DNA of 63,334 bases, the filler included, from Reticulomyxa filosa (Eukaryota; Protista; Foraminifera): NCBI GenBank assembly GCA_000512085.1. It is 13 parts of 13 records of this genome, joined end to end, with 100 filler letters (N's around TTAATTAATTAA, not from the genome) between each part and the next. Parts side by side here need not be neighbours in the genome. Positions count along the whole stretch, not along the records: positions 17,688 to 45,379 come from ASPP01024156.1; 12 more parts are not named here. One strand, given 5' to 3'. The notes below the pieces were generated by a model that had not been told where the DNA came from, searched no databases, and worked only from the letters and a program-made list of their open reading frames with translations. Every line of letters begins with the position of its first letter. Position 1 is the first letter of the stretch. Shown piece after piece: positions 25,125 to 38,354 of this stretch. The position numbers and the translations under genes were made by a program.

Positions 25125-27122
25125 AATCTTGTTTGTATCATTTTTCATTGCTTTGGTCTTTTATCCACTCTTCTTTTCTCTCATCATTTTTATCTCATCT
25201 GCAATCATATTGATAAATTCGTGTTCCAGTGTCACTTTTTTTGCTAAACAAATGCTTTGATGTAAAAGTCTTGGCTATCTTTTTTTATATTGAAGGACAC
25301 AGCAAATACGATTATTGAACATTTTAATTCTTATTTCCACATAAACAAAAAAATATTTACGTACGAAAAAAACGTTAAAATTAGAATCACATCTTCATAA
25401 GTAGCTTTCAGACGAGTTTTTTAAGCTGTGTACAGTATAATTTGCATTTGAAATAAATAATTACTTGGTCTCTTTTAAGATTATACAACCTTTTTTTGTA
25501 ATTTTTTTTTTAAAGTGAGAGTCATCATTGTTCAAATTGTAGTTCGGATTCACAATATAAATTGATTGGAAAACACAATAATGGTCATGATTGCTTTATT
25601 CTCCTTATTCCTAAGAAAAATCGGCATATGTGCAAGGATCACAATGTCAGACTGAAAGTCGCACAAATCAGCGGATTACACTGCTGGATATTGTTATATG
25701 TCTGCATACAAGTATTTTGCGTTGCTGAAATGTTCGAACATTGTTATATTACAAAACAATATTTCGAAAAAAAAGTATATAGATGGATGATATAATAAAT
25801 AAGTTAATAACTATGTATCAAGAAAAAATCAACAACAATAGTAAAAAATTTGTAAATTTTAAACAATTATTTAAAGCAAAATAATCAGAATGACATGATA
25901 AAACATATCATATGATAATAAAACAATATGAAACAAACAAAGTAATACAAAATTGCAGTATTAAACAAATAAATGTGATAAAATTTAAAGTGTTAATGAT
26001 AATCAAACAGCTTATATTGAGATAAACTTATAAATAAACATGACTTTGATACATGAATAATACTGCATATGTTGAAAAAAAAAATGCATACTTAAATGGC
26101 ACATTTATGAATAGAATCAATTTTCTCAATGAAAAATAAACACTTAAACTTAATTACATATACAAATTTTATAGTTTTTAAATATAAAATTTTTCATTTT
26201 TTTAATGCATTTGATTCAAGTGAATATTTTTTTGAAATGTATGAAAAGAAATTTGCAAAATATAATATAAAAAAAAATTTAGAATGTTGTTTATTGAAGA
26301 TTGAACATATTTAAAAATATTATTTCTTCGTGAAGAAAATAACATGTAAATAAATGTAAAATAATAAATAAAGATTGTTTTCGAATCAAAAGGATTATAT
26401 CGTTATAATTTAATAATAATGGCATTATTAACTTTCTTTTGCATTATATAACTTGTAATTATTCCAATAATGAAAAAAATTATATTAAATTATAATTATA
26501 TACATTTATTATATTTTTCAAATGCGAAACAGCGAGACCAAATTATTTTTATTAAAAAAATACAATTATCTTTTCTTTTTTAATTAAAAAAAATATCAGA
26601 ATATTAAAACTCTGCATTCAAAAAGCTATGAAATTCCAAGAAGCAATCATTATAAATTTACCACTTTACAAAAAAAAACACACCTTAATTGTAGTTTTGA
26701 GTTTCGAACCACTTCTCTAAAAAAGTGAGACACAAGGGTAAAGAAATCATCAACAACTTTTACCAGAATTTTTAACAACAAACAATGCAAGTCTAAGTCT
26801 AAGCAAGAAATGTTTTAACAGGTCAAAGCTCCCAAAAACTAGTTCACTTTCAAATAAATATCTATCCTTAATTAATATCAAAAATGATATCTGTGCGTCC
26901 AGGGAATCCAAAAATATAGTTGATTTTAATAAAAGTGCAAAAATACAAAATAATATTTGCAATATTTTTATTTTTTAAACATTATTAAAAGAATTTAAAA
27001 AACAGGTTTTTCTGGATGAAAAGTCTTTGTAGTGGTTCGTTTTTGGGGGTTTTTCTTTGCTGTAAACTGGCCTGTTTTGATTTCTTCCTTGTCAAGAAAA
27101 GGTTGTCTTTTCAAATTGTTTA

Positions 27123-29105
27123 ATGGACCAGAACGTTGTTATCAGACAAGGACAGATCCACCGTTACCATAGACTGATAAAATCCGTCACTAAACCTTTA
27201 AACCTTTCTTTGGTTATTGGAATTGCTCTTACAGCAGCAATTATTTGTGGAATATTCCATTTGTATTTGGTAGCTTTTCTGATATTGGAAGGCAAGTCAT
27301 CAACGAGATTAATAAATACAATTAACTTAGATATACTTTATGCATATGTGGCGCTTTCATTTCTTTTCTTTTTTATTTGGTTATACGTGTATAAATGCAC
27401 ACATTTCTTTACCACATTATTATTGGCGATATTTTTGTCGGTCATTAATTTATGGTTCTCCTTACCCGTGGCTTTTGCATTGTGGTGCTTTTTTTTCAAT
27501 TATGTACAAAATAATTTTAATTTTCGTACATTTTTTTGGAAATTGTTTGATTGCATTGAAACGAAGAGCTTAACAGAGATCGAATTGCTGCTTTTTAAGT
27601 ACCAATTGAATAGTTATTTATTACTTATTTATCAATCCTATACCAATTCTAAGAATATCATATTAGAGCAGATCTCTCAAATTATTGAAAATTTTTTCCA
27701 GGTGGTCGAAAAAAATCCGACATTGGAAAAATTGTTGCAAGCAGATCAACTCGAAACTCAAATCTTTCCATGGCGTGTTTATTTAATCCATACACTATTT
27801 TTTGGTAACATCTTGGCTATTGTGCTGTGCTATTTTTATTTTTGCATTAGTATGTATTCTTTGCATTTTTCAACCAACGAAACGTATACCGAATGGTATC
27901 AACAGTACATATCCATTTTTGCTAAGATATGTACTGTATCCTATGGAGTGGCGCTAGTGCCAGCCATTTACCTCCGTAAGCACGTCCTTCCAATTCGCGG
28001 CGTAAAAATATCAGTATACGTGGACCATCGATTATTGGAGATACTTGAAAGTTAGATTGTGTGTCCAAAAAAAAGTGTTTAAAAAAAAAAAAAATTATTT
28101 ATTTATTTTTTTTTTTTTTTCACGACTCTCAATTTGATCAATACTCGAGAAGAAGAGAAAGGACAAAAATCTATTGCTCACAAAAATAATAGATTTTGAG
28201 GATAACAACATTGGCGAATTGCAGCTGAATGCCTTCATAGACAGTGCTTTTGCAAATAAAATGTTCCAAGAAGTTACAAGACAAGTAGCTTGCGAGCATG
28301 AGCTGTTACATTATGTAGATTTACATATTGCTCGTTTGATTTTGGAATACGCTCCCCTCACAGACAGCGAACTGTCTGAAAGGAAGGACAGCGCAAATTC
28401 CGAACCCAATCCTTTTGGCCAAAAGCAACAGCTGAGATGGGACTGGCACCGACACATTCGTGAGTTTGACACATGGCTTATTTTGACACTGATTTTTCTC
28501 GTTTTTGGTTATTTTTTGGGATCCGTTGCTTTGTTGCGAGGTGGGGATTGGCCATATAAAACTGCTGAATTTGCGACATGCATGTACGTGGAAAACAGTT
28601 GTCCGGGTTACGGCAGCGTGTATTTGTATACATTTGAGATTATGTCCAATCAGAGTATGTGTCATCACGTCATCTTTAATACCACCAGTGGTTGCTACGT
28701 CTATATTGAAGAATCCGATAGTGGTGATAGTGCAGACAAAATTCAGTATGTGTTTATATTAAGTACATACGTATACATATATATATATATGCATTCGCGT
28801 TTACTTGATTAAAATAATGATGATTGCTATGTCAAAAACTGGGACAAATCAATAGACAAAGATCAGGGGGCCAATATTACAGCAAAGACCAAAGGTACTA
28901 CGTTGGACAAAATATAACTTGGTACAGAAAAAATCAGACCTTAATAGAAAACCCCAACGTTTGTTATGATATGGAAACTCAAAATTTTAGTGCTAGTAAA
29001 AGAACAGATATCATAGTTTATCATTTCGCTGTACTTGCAATGATTTTTTTTTGTGGAGGTTGTTGCAAATCTTGTAATGTCCTTACTAAAAAAAAAAATA
29101 GTTGA
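27123..29105 (+). CDS. Orphan multi-pass membrane protein (about 3 exons), intact copy of a duplicated gene
   Basis: ORFs 27123, 28174 and 28824 can be joined; intron 28051-28192 keeps frame. The same exon order is seen in the paralog at 43483-44657. Confidence 0.6.
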
Positions 29106-29911
29106 AATCACTCAAGTCTTGTGCTATTGTCATCTAACGTATTTTAATATATTCATTTTCTGATATCTACCATTTTATATAATATATCGTTACGACTTAG
29201 TATTTCACTTAACCTGTCGATTGTTACGTTGTTTCCAACTTGTTCTTAAATCTACAGAATGTCGTATTTCGTTCAAAAAATTTCTGTAAAAAAACTGTAA
29301 CTTTTGTTCATTCACTTTTTCAAATGTTAATTTAAAAAATTCAATTTCTAACATAAATTTGGTTAGCAAATAGCTTCAAACATCGATAAATTTTATTTAA
29401 AAAGTAAAGAAAATATTATAAAAAGTGTGACTAATGTTGTTGGATCAATCATATAATTACATTTCAGAATTGAAATTGCTTTGTGAAAATATGACTAATT
29501 GCTGACCAAGTCAATTGCATTACATTTATATATTTATTATTTTTTTTCATTAATCATTATGGACATTCTCAGAAAGTAATAAAACATATTTAATATTTTC
29601 ATTTTCATTTATCACAATTCTTTTTTTTGAAATTTTTATAAAATATTTTAATTTTTATAGATTTACTTAAAGAAGTTGATGTTCGTATTATACTTAATCT
29701 TACAAGCTAAGATCGGCAGATGAAAAAAATGTTCTATTTATATGCATATTTTGTTTGAATATTACTTCATCTACAATAATTTAACTTTAAAAATATTGCA
29801 TTGGTCAAAAATGACTTATCTGAAATTTTGATCGAAGCAATTAACAAGTAAGGCTTAAGTACTACGACTAGAGGACCAAAAGGGAGTGAAAAAAACTTGT
29901 AAGAGTTGAAA

Positions 29912-31284
29912 ATGCCTTCAAATACAAATGGCGCGGTCGTTTTTGGCTGGTTTGTATTTTTATTTATTTTACCGGTAACTGTGGTTTGCCTGATTGTAAC
30001 TGGACTATTGTTGAAAGAGCTATATATCTTTCCGACATTCAACACGCAACAAATCCGCCATGTCCTGAAATTGACAGCGTTGGGGACATGCGCTTTTTTT
30101 TCGATAAACAACGTATTTGTTCTGATTGAAGAATTGATCGTTTTGACCACCAACAAAGACGCGGCAAGCAGTAACAAGTTAAATTGAATTTCGCATTAAA
30201 AAAAAAAACCAAATCGGTTTAAAAATTAAATGTACGTATATGTACCAAAAAAAAAAAGCACTCCCTTCCTCGTCATACTTATATACACATAAATAAATAA
30301 AATTTCCAAAATGGTCAACAGATGGGAAGGGACATTAATGTTTTTGGACGTGTCGGAAAAGGTATGTCGAAACGCCGGAATATTGTTAATGTTCGGATAT
30401 TTTTTAGCTCGGCTGTACTTGGCATTTCAATATGACATGTTTTACATGTTGGCATTGTATGGGGTACTCCTGCTGTGGTTTATAATTTTTGAAATATTGG
30501 CGGAACTGTATCCTGCTTTCAGCGTGTTTTTTGTGTTGATGACGTTGTATTCTATATACGCCGTGTTTGTAATGTATTTATTCGTGCGAAAGCTATTTGA
30601 AATGATTATATTGCGGTCTCGAGATTTGGCCAACACATACTACTTAATGCCTGACAACGACACTGAAAGTCGAGTATCGTCGCAACCGAATGCCCCACAG
30701 CCGAGTGATCAACTCAATCATGATAAAAGAAAGACCGATGCCACTGGTTCGGATTGATATATTAGTATACGTTATTTCATCACATTGTAGTCCATATTAT
30801 ATACATATGTATATGTATATACACAATACCTATACAAAAAAAAAAAAAACGAATGATAGATATAACCACAGCAAGCAAAGATTTTTATGAACTGACATTA
30901 AGTGACAAAAATAATGCTAAATTAATTCAAGCAATCACTCGATCTTGCTTGTTGTCAGTCTTTCCGGTTGTATCTTCGCTCGTGTATCATTTCTGGCAGT
31001 TATATCCGCTGGAGGCCTCCCCATCCGATTTCGTCAAACATCAGCTCATCACGTATGTGACATATATGATGGTGGTGGCTGATGATTTGTGCGCTGTGCT
31101 GTGCATCTTCTTAAACTGGAATTTCACGAATAAGTGGTATAAGTTGCTTTGCAAGCGAAGCAATGATATCACCCAAAGGTGCTGCTTACGCGTCGTCAAA
31201 AAAAAGTTGGAGAAGGAACAGTTTGAGTTCATCGGTGTTGAATTTGACGAACCCTTGCAAACTCAGCAACCAACTGACAGTTAA
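29912..31284 (+). CDS. Seven-transmembrane (GPCR-like) protein, 3 exons
   Basis: Introns 30178-30321 and 30747-30859 keep frame. Seven hydrophobic segments, FLARLY after TM3, long loop between TM5 and TM6, FTNKWYKLLC after TM7. Confidence 0.65.
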
Positions 31285-32148
31285 CTCGCTAATCTTTTTA
31301 ATTGGGAGGACATTTTTTAAATTGAATAGAAAAAATATTAACATTAATCGAATGTAAACATTGAGTGTAAAGCTCTCAACATACCATACAATAATTTTCA
31401 CAATATAAATGTATATATTTCTAATATAAAGCAATTGAGGAAACTCGGGAAAAAAAAACGTCGATAATCCAAAAACAGAGGCACTCTTCAAAAAGCTTTT
31501 CCGTATTTTTTTCTTCCGCCTCAAACCGGTATTTTTTTTTAATGGATTTTTTGATAATTTACTTCTACATTTTCGTTGTCCCTATAGACAATGCTATTAA
31601 CAAATTTAGAGTTGAAATATTTTTGATGTTGGCATTCTATATTTCATTTTTTATTCTCTTTGAAAATAACAAAGTTGTAGAAAGAATAAAATAATAAGAC
31701 AAAATAGAAAAATTATACATTTTGAAATACTTGAACATTTGTAGATATTTTTTTGAATAAAAAATGTTATTTTGTAATAAGCGGCTACGTAATAGTGACT
31801 AATACTTTCCTTTTCTTAATTAAAACTGTTTTTACTCCTAGTTCTAACTTTCATTTAAGATTCTATTTTTGTCTCTTAGCTGCTTTAAAATTTTTTAAAG
31901 AAAGCCGATCACCTTTAAAACGACATTTTTGTGTTTCGGGACTTGCCCCCTGCATGTACAGTTTACGAATTTCTTATTCGTACAAAATTTTCCTTTTCAA
32001 ATCTTGACTTTCTTAATTTTAGCAAGTCTAAAATCCTATTTTTCTTCGTGTCATTATTTGCTTCCTTTTTCCTATTTCCTTTTGAACGCGTTTTATTTTG
32101 TGAAAAAAAAAAAAGGTAAAAGATAACAAGAGTAGAGTAGATATTGAA

Positions 32149-35100
32149 ATGGATCATACATCAAATAAATTGAAAAAAGAAGATGAAAAGATAGAAATTG
32201 GGGAAACAAAACCTGGGATTAATTTGCAAGGTTATTGCACAAATGTTGATTGTTTAGCTGCAAAAGCAAAGCTTCCAGTATGGGTGAATCTTGGATTTGG
32301 TGACATTTCATTCAATTCAGACAAAACATCCTATCGCTGTCCAGATTGTGGACACTTCACTGTTACATCAATCATAAAGGCAATGATTTTTAATTCAGAA
32401 CATTCGATTTGTGCAAGTGATAATTCAATTCCTGTAAAGGATAATCATTATCAATGTTTTTATGTAATAAAACAAGGATTAGCATATGAGCTGAAAGCTA
32501 AAAAAATTAGACAGCATGCAACAAATTTGGAAGATTTAATTGATCGAAGTGAAAGTGCAATGATGAGTAATGAAATACTAAATTTAGTGGCCGAATTACA
32601 AAAATATTTGATAACAGTTGTAAAACCACCCAAAGTAAAAGATAAAGTAAGACTATTGGAAAAAATTCAATGTGATTACAGTGGTGATTTTAACCAGGTA
32701 TTTGATATTGGGAGATTTACAATTTTATGTGATAATCCTACTAAATTACAAACTGCAGTGGCTGTGATGAAAAAAGCAGAACAATTTAATTTAATCGTAT
32801 CTGAAGACAAAGATTTTTTTGAAAGACAATCAAAAACACATCACAGATTCCACAATATTAAATTGTATGTTCCAAAACATGATGTATATGTGGAAATGCA
32901 AGCAACTTTAAAAAATTTTACAACATTAGAAGGATACACCATAATTGAAAATCCAAAATTAAGTCATTTATTTTATGAACATATCAGAGCGTGGAAACCA
33001 AACAATTCAGAAGAGGAAGATTTAAAGCAAGCAGGTGATGAAACATTAACTAAGATCAACGATATTATCTGTGAATGGATTGATGACAAAGGAATACAAA
33101 AAATAGCAAATCGTTACAAATCACATTTGGATATTGGAATACTAAAACCGCCACAGCTATCAAAAAAAACAGAAATTGAAATTAATGCTAGTGTGTCATT
33201 GAAGATGGCACAATTTGTTTATGAACAACTTTGTAAGTTTACTCCAGAGAAAATGAAAGGAAAGGCAATTTATGTAATTTTATATGAATATTACAAAAAA
33301 TATCTTATTGGAGATAAAAATCCAGCAAGTTGTGCTGATTTTGCATCATTGTTACAAGAATCAAGAAAACAGGAAATTGAAGAAGATATAGCTATTTTAC
33401 ATGCACTTGAAACATATATCCCATTACAAGCCAATAATTATCCACATCTAGATGGTGACGATAATAAACATGATACATACGATTGTTATCAACGTGTGTT
33501 TCAGTTTTTGCAAGAAGAAAAAGAAGAAGAAGATGGAGAAAAAAAAAATGAACAAATACAGCAATTTCATAAAAAAAAATAATGATAATTCAAGGAAAAT
33601 CAGGATCAGGAAAAAGTATATTTTGTCGTCATTTAGATGAAATTTTCTGGAATAACTATTCGTCCAATTCAAAAAATCCAATACCGGTTTATATTTCATT
33701 TCCAAAGGTTTACAACAAAAACTCTGAAAAAGATATTATTTTTCATGCATTACAAGGTAGACATATCAGTAAAGAAATTATGGATGCCATCCGTGAAAAA
33801 GTATCTTTCGTGTTTATTATGGATGGGTTTGATGAAATATTTGACTTTTATCGTAAAAATGAAAAAGAGCAATATTTTGGTGATCGTTTTGCTTTAAATC
33901 AATGGAACGCACAAGTAATTGTTACTTGTAGAAGCAAAGTATTGAACGATGATGATATTAAAACTACTTTAATTGGTGCAAATCAAAATAATACATCAAT
34001 GATATATTTATGGCCATTTACAAAACAGCAAATGCACAATTACATTGAAAAATTTGCAATAATACAATCTAAAAATAAAAAAAAGGAAGACAACAGCGAT
34101 TGGACATCACAACGATACGAAGAAACGTTAAACAATTATCCAAATTTGCAAAAAATGGTGGAAGAACCGTTTCTTCTTCAGCTTATTTTAACTGTATTAC
34201 CATCATTAGTAAAACAATATGGTGTAGGGAGTAGAATTTCAAGGGCACAAGTATATGAAGTGTTCAATGATCAGTGGATTGATATTCACATACAAGATCT
34301 AATTTCCAAATTGGCAGAATTACGGATTCAAATGAACAATAAAAAAATAAAATCAGTATTGAAACAATATTGCCTTGATTTGGGATTTGATATGTTTATC
34401 CAAGGAAATCAAGTTGCAATTGAATCGGATATTCTACACGAAAACACTAGTGAAATATGGAATATGTTAGATCCAAAATTAGAAAAAGGGAAAAAGGCAT
34501 TATGGACGAAAAAACAGCAAATGAAACTGAAACAAAATCAAAAAGTGGTTGGAAAAAGTATTTTAATGGTGGTGGCATGACCAAATTCGTATTGAGAAGG
34601 ACAGAAGATAACAAACACCAAAACGTGGATGCAAATGTTGAAACTATAGCTGAAAAAACAAAAGATATTTGGGAAAAATATTTCTATTCTGACAGTATCT
34701 CCAAATACGTATTGAGAAGAACTGGTAACAACAAATATCAATTTTTGCATAAATCGTGTCAGGAATATTACGCAGCACAAAAAATTGTGCTTGACATCAT
34801 CTCGTGGAAACCAAATACCAATACTAATTTGAGCAATCAGGGATTTCACAGACAATTTGAAGCAGGCGTCCCTAAATTACTCATAAATCTCAAATTGCTA
34901 AATGAAGAACTAGGGATCATTAAATTCATTAGCGAACGGATCCATGACACTAATCCAGTATTTGCAAATTTAAAGTCTAGATTGTTTCGAATTATTGAAA
35001 CATCAAAAACAAATGAAAATGTTAACATTGCAGCAGCAAATGCAATCACAATACTTAATTTAGCAAATGTTAACATGCACTATCAAAATTGGAGTGACAT

Positions 35101-37276
35101 AAAAATTCCGCATGCAATCTTAGATAATGCATATCTTGAAGGAACCAACTTCAAAAATGCAAATTTAGATCATATTAGTTTTTATCAGGCTTTCTTAAAC
35201 AAAGTTAATTTTACAAACGCATCAATGAATGGAATTTACTTTGGAGAATATGCATATTTGAAAGGACACACAGGCCCGGCAATTGCAGTAGAATTTTCAC
35301 CAGATGGTACCAAAATTGTTTCATCTTCTGTTGATGATATTCGAATATGGGATATGTCATCTGGAGAGCAAATCCAAGTGTTAGATGCGCATCTCTTTTC
35401 ACCATTAGGAGTACATTTTTCACCAGATGGCTCAAAAATTGTATCGAGTTCAAGAGATAAAGCTATTCGAATATGGGATGCGTTATCAGGACAACAACTT
35501 GAATTATTAAATGGACATACTGGATCTGTAAATAGAGTACAATTTTCACCAGATGGCTCTAAAATTGTTTCATGTTCCGATGATACCAGTATTCGCATAT
35601 GGGACGTATTCTCTAAAAAACAACTTTTAGTATTAGAGGGACATTCCAGTGCTGTAAATAATGTGAAATTTTCACTCGATGGTTTAAGGATTTTATCATG
35701 TTCAAAAGATAAGACCATTCGATTGTGGGATACATTATCTGGGAAGCAAATTCAAGTATTGGAAGGACATTTGGAAAGTATAGAGGGGGTGCAATTTTCT
35801 CCAGATGAATCTAAAATTATTTCATGTTCGCAAGATCAAAGTATTCGAATATGGGATTTGTTGACCGGAAAACAGCTTCAATTATTCAAAGGGCATTCTG
35901 ATTATGTAATGGCAGCTTCATTTTCTTCAGATACTTCCAAAATTGTATCAGGTTCATTTGATAAGACAATTCGAATTTGGGACGTCTCTTCTGGAAATCA
36001 ACTTCAAGTATTGGAAGGTCATTCAGAGGCTGTAACTGCAGTGCAATTTTTTTCAAATGATTCTAAAATCTTGTCTTGTGCATTTGATAAAACTATTCGA
36101 ATATGGGATGTGGCATTAGGACGAAAGATTCAGTTAGCAGAAGGACATTTAGATAGTGTAAATAAAGTGCAATTTTCGCCAGATGGTTCGAAAATCATAT
36201 CGTGCTCAGAGGATAAAACGATCCGATTGTGGGATGCACTATCAGGAATACAACTTCAATTATTGGAAGGTCATTGCAACAGTGTACGTGGGGTGCAATT
36301 TTCATCAGATGGCTCTAAAATTCTATCCTATGCCTCAGATAAAACAATTCGAATATGGGATGTGTCATCTGGGATACAACTCCAGGTAATTGATGAGGAC
36401 AATGTAAATGGGGCTCAATTTTCATCTGACGGTACTAAAATTGCGATTTGTTCAGATAAAACGATTATTCAAATATGGGATTTATCATCAAAAAAACATA
36501 TCCAATCATTAAAAGGACATTCACTTGCTGTAATTGGAGTTCAGTTTTCTCCAGATGGCTCTAAAATTGCATCTTTTTCAAAAGATAATACGATTGGATT
36601 GTGGGACGTATTGTCTGGCAAACAAATGTATTCGCTGCAAGGGCATTCCAAACTTATAAATGGAATATATTTTTCACCAGATGGATCGAAAATTGTATCA
36701 TATTCGCATGATCATACAACTCGAGTGTGGAGTGCATTATCTGGGAAACAGCTTCACATATTTGAAGGAAGCAATGCTTTTATGGAGGCGAAATTTTCAC
36801 CTGATGGTCGTAAAATGGTATCATGCTCATGGAATGCAAGTGTCCGGCTATGGGACGTGTCATCGGGTAAAGAACTTCAGGTACTAGACAAACATTGGGA
36901 TGCGGCAATTGGGGTCGAGTTTTCGCCAGATGGCTCAAAAGTTGTTTCATATTCACTAGACAAAACTATCCGAATATGGGATGTAGCTTCAGGAGAACAA
37001 ATTCAGTCATTGGAAGGGCATACTGGAAAAATAAAGAGCATACAACTATCACCTGATGGTTCCAAAATTGTGTCATGTTCAGATGATAGAACTGTTCGAT
37101 TATGGGGTATTGATAATGAAACAACTGAGGATGAAGAGGTTGGTTTGATGAAATGTATTTGGCAAGGTGGTGTTCAAAGTTTTGGTTTATCTATGAAAGA
37201 TAGTATTTGGGGAAATACAAAAGGTCTAACAGCTCAGCAAAAATTGCTTGTAGAACAACGTGGTGGAAAATTTTAA
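32149..37276 (+). CDS. NLR-like STAND protein: Zn-binding domain + RelA/SpoT-like nucleotidyltransferase + NACHT + pentapeptide repeats + 15 WD40 repeats (two 1-nt frameshifts)
   Basis: Three consecutive ORFs join by adding one base at A9 (33571-33579) and in the AAAAAGGGAAAAA run (~34483-34495). Walker A GKSGSGKS, Walker B FIMDGFDE, VIVTCR, PFLL, FLHKS; pentapeptides ~35113-35243; WD40s 35258-37105. Confidence 0.85.
35258..37105 (+). repeat. Tandem WD40 repeat array, ~126-nt unit, 15 copies
   Basis: Recurring LxGH-x4-V-x-FSPDGxKIVSxSxDxTIRIWD. Confidence 0.95.
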
Positions 37277-38354
37277 TTTACAATCACTTCCGTAATGCTA
37301 TGTTGTTGTCACATCTATACATAAAATATTATTTCTCTTCTGACATATTTTTTGTTACGAGTTTTCAAATATATATTGACTAATTTTTCAAGCGCGCAAA
37401 TGGCAAAAAGATCCGAATGTATCTTTTTAAACAAAAGATTTTTTAAAATGTTGATTTTTGACTTAGAAAATTTATAATCTTCATAATGTGCCATTTTAGT
37501 GTGAGGCTTCTTGTTAAATAATCACATTGAGCAATAACACTAAATAAATACTTGTCATTAATTAAAACAAAAATACATAACATAATTGACAACAAGTTTG
37601 TCAAAATCATGATTACACCCTAATTTAATTTATATTCGGGTCCAGTATTTAATAATTCTTTTAATTTTTTCTTCTGATAGATTTATCTCAAATCATACAA
37701 CCAAATCTTAGAACATAAACAATTGGTTGAAGGCTGAGCGAAAAGAAATTTACTATGTGTTGTTTTAGAATACTCGTTTACTATGGATTGCACATCAACT
37801 TTTATTTTTTCTCTTAGAAGACGATGAAAGATGAAAAACTTGGAACTTTTTCATCCACGAAGGATTGGTTAAAGATACTCCAACAATATGCAGATCAAAA
37901 TGTATACATTTAAAATTACCTTCATCCTTGAGTTTAGTCAGTAATGTTTTTTAATTTAAAGGTAAAAAGGTTTTTATAAACATATACATCTAATTAATAT
38001 ATATTTTTAATAACTTTTTCTATATTGATTAAAAAAACATTCAAGATACTTAGAAATTTCAAAAATAAACTTTTAATTTTTAAAAAGTTTTATTTGGTCA
38101 TCTTAATATTGTTTTATAACTCTTATGATTGATTTTGCAGTCAATTTTTGAAATAAAACAAGTCCAAATGATATGATAATTGATTTTATCAAAGTTTAAT
38201 GTCTAAGCCTTGATTTAAACGTATTTAATTTAATTACTATAATTATAATTTATTTTAATTATGGAATTTATAAGAGATAGTTAAAATAAATTGAAAATAT
38301 TGAAAAGCAGGAGAAAGTTCTAAAAAAAAAAACTTCAACTAAAATAATTACATT

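Noticed and set aside
32149-37276. Bacterial contaminant contig as the source of the STAND gene
   Set aside because: It lies in an unbroken contig between intron-containing eukaryotic genes and has host-like AT content.
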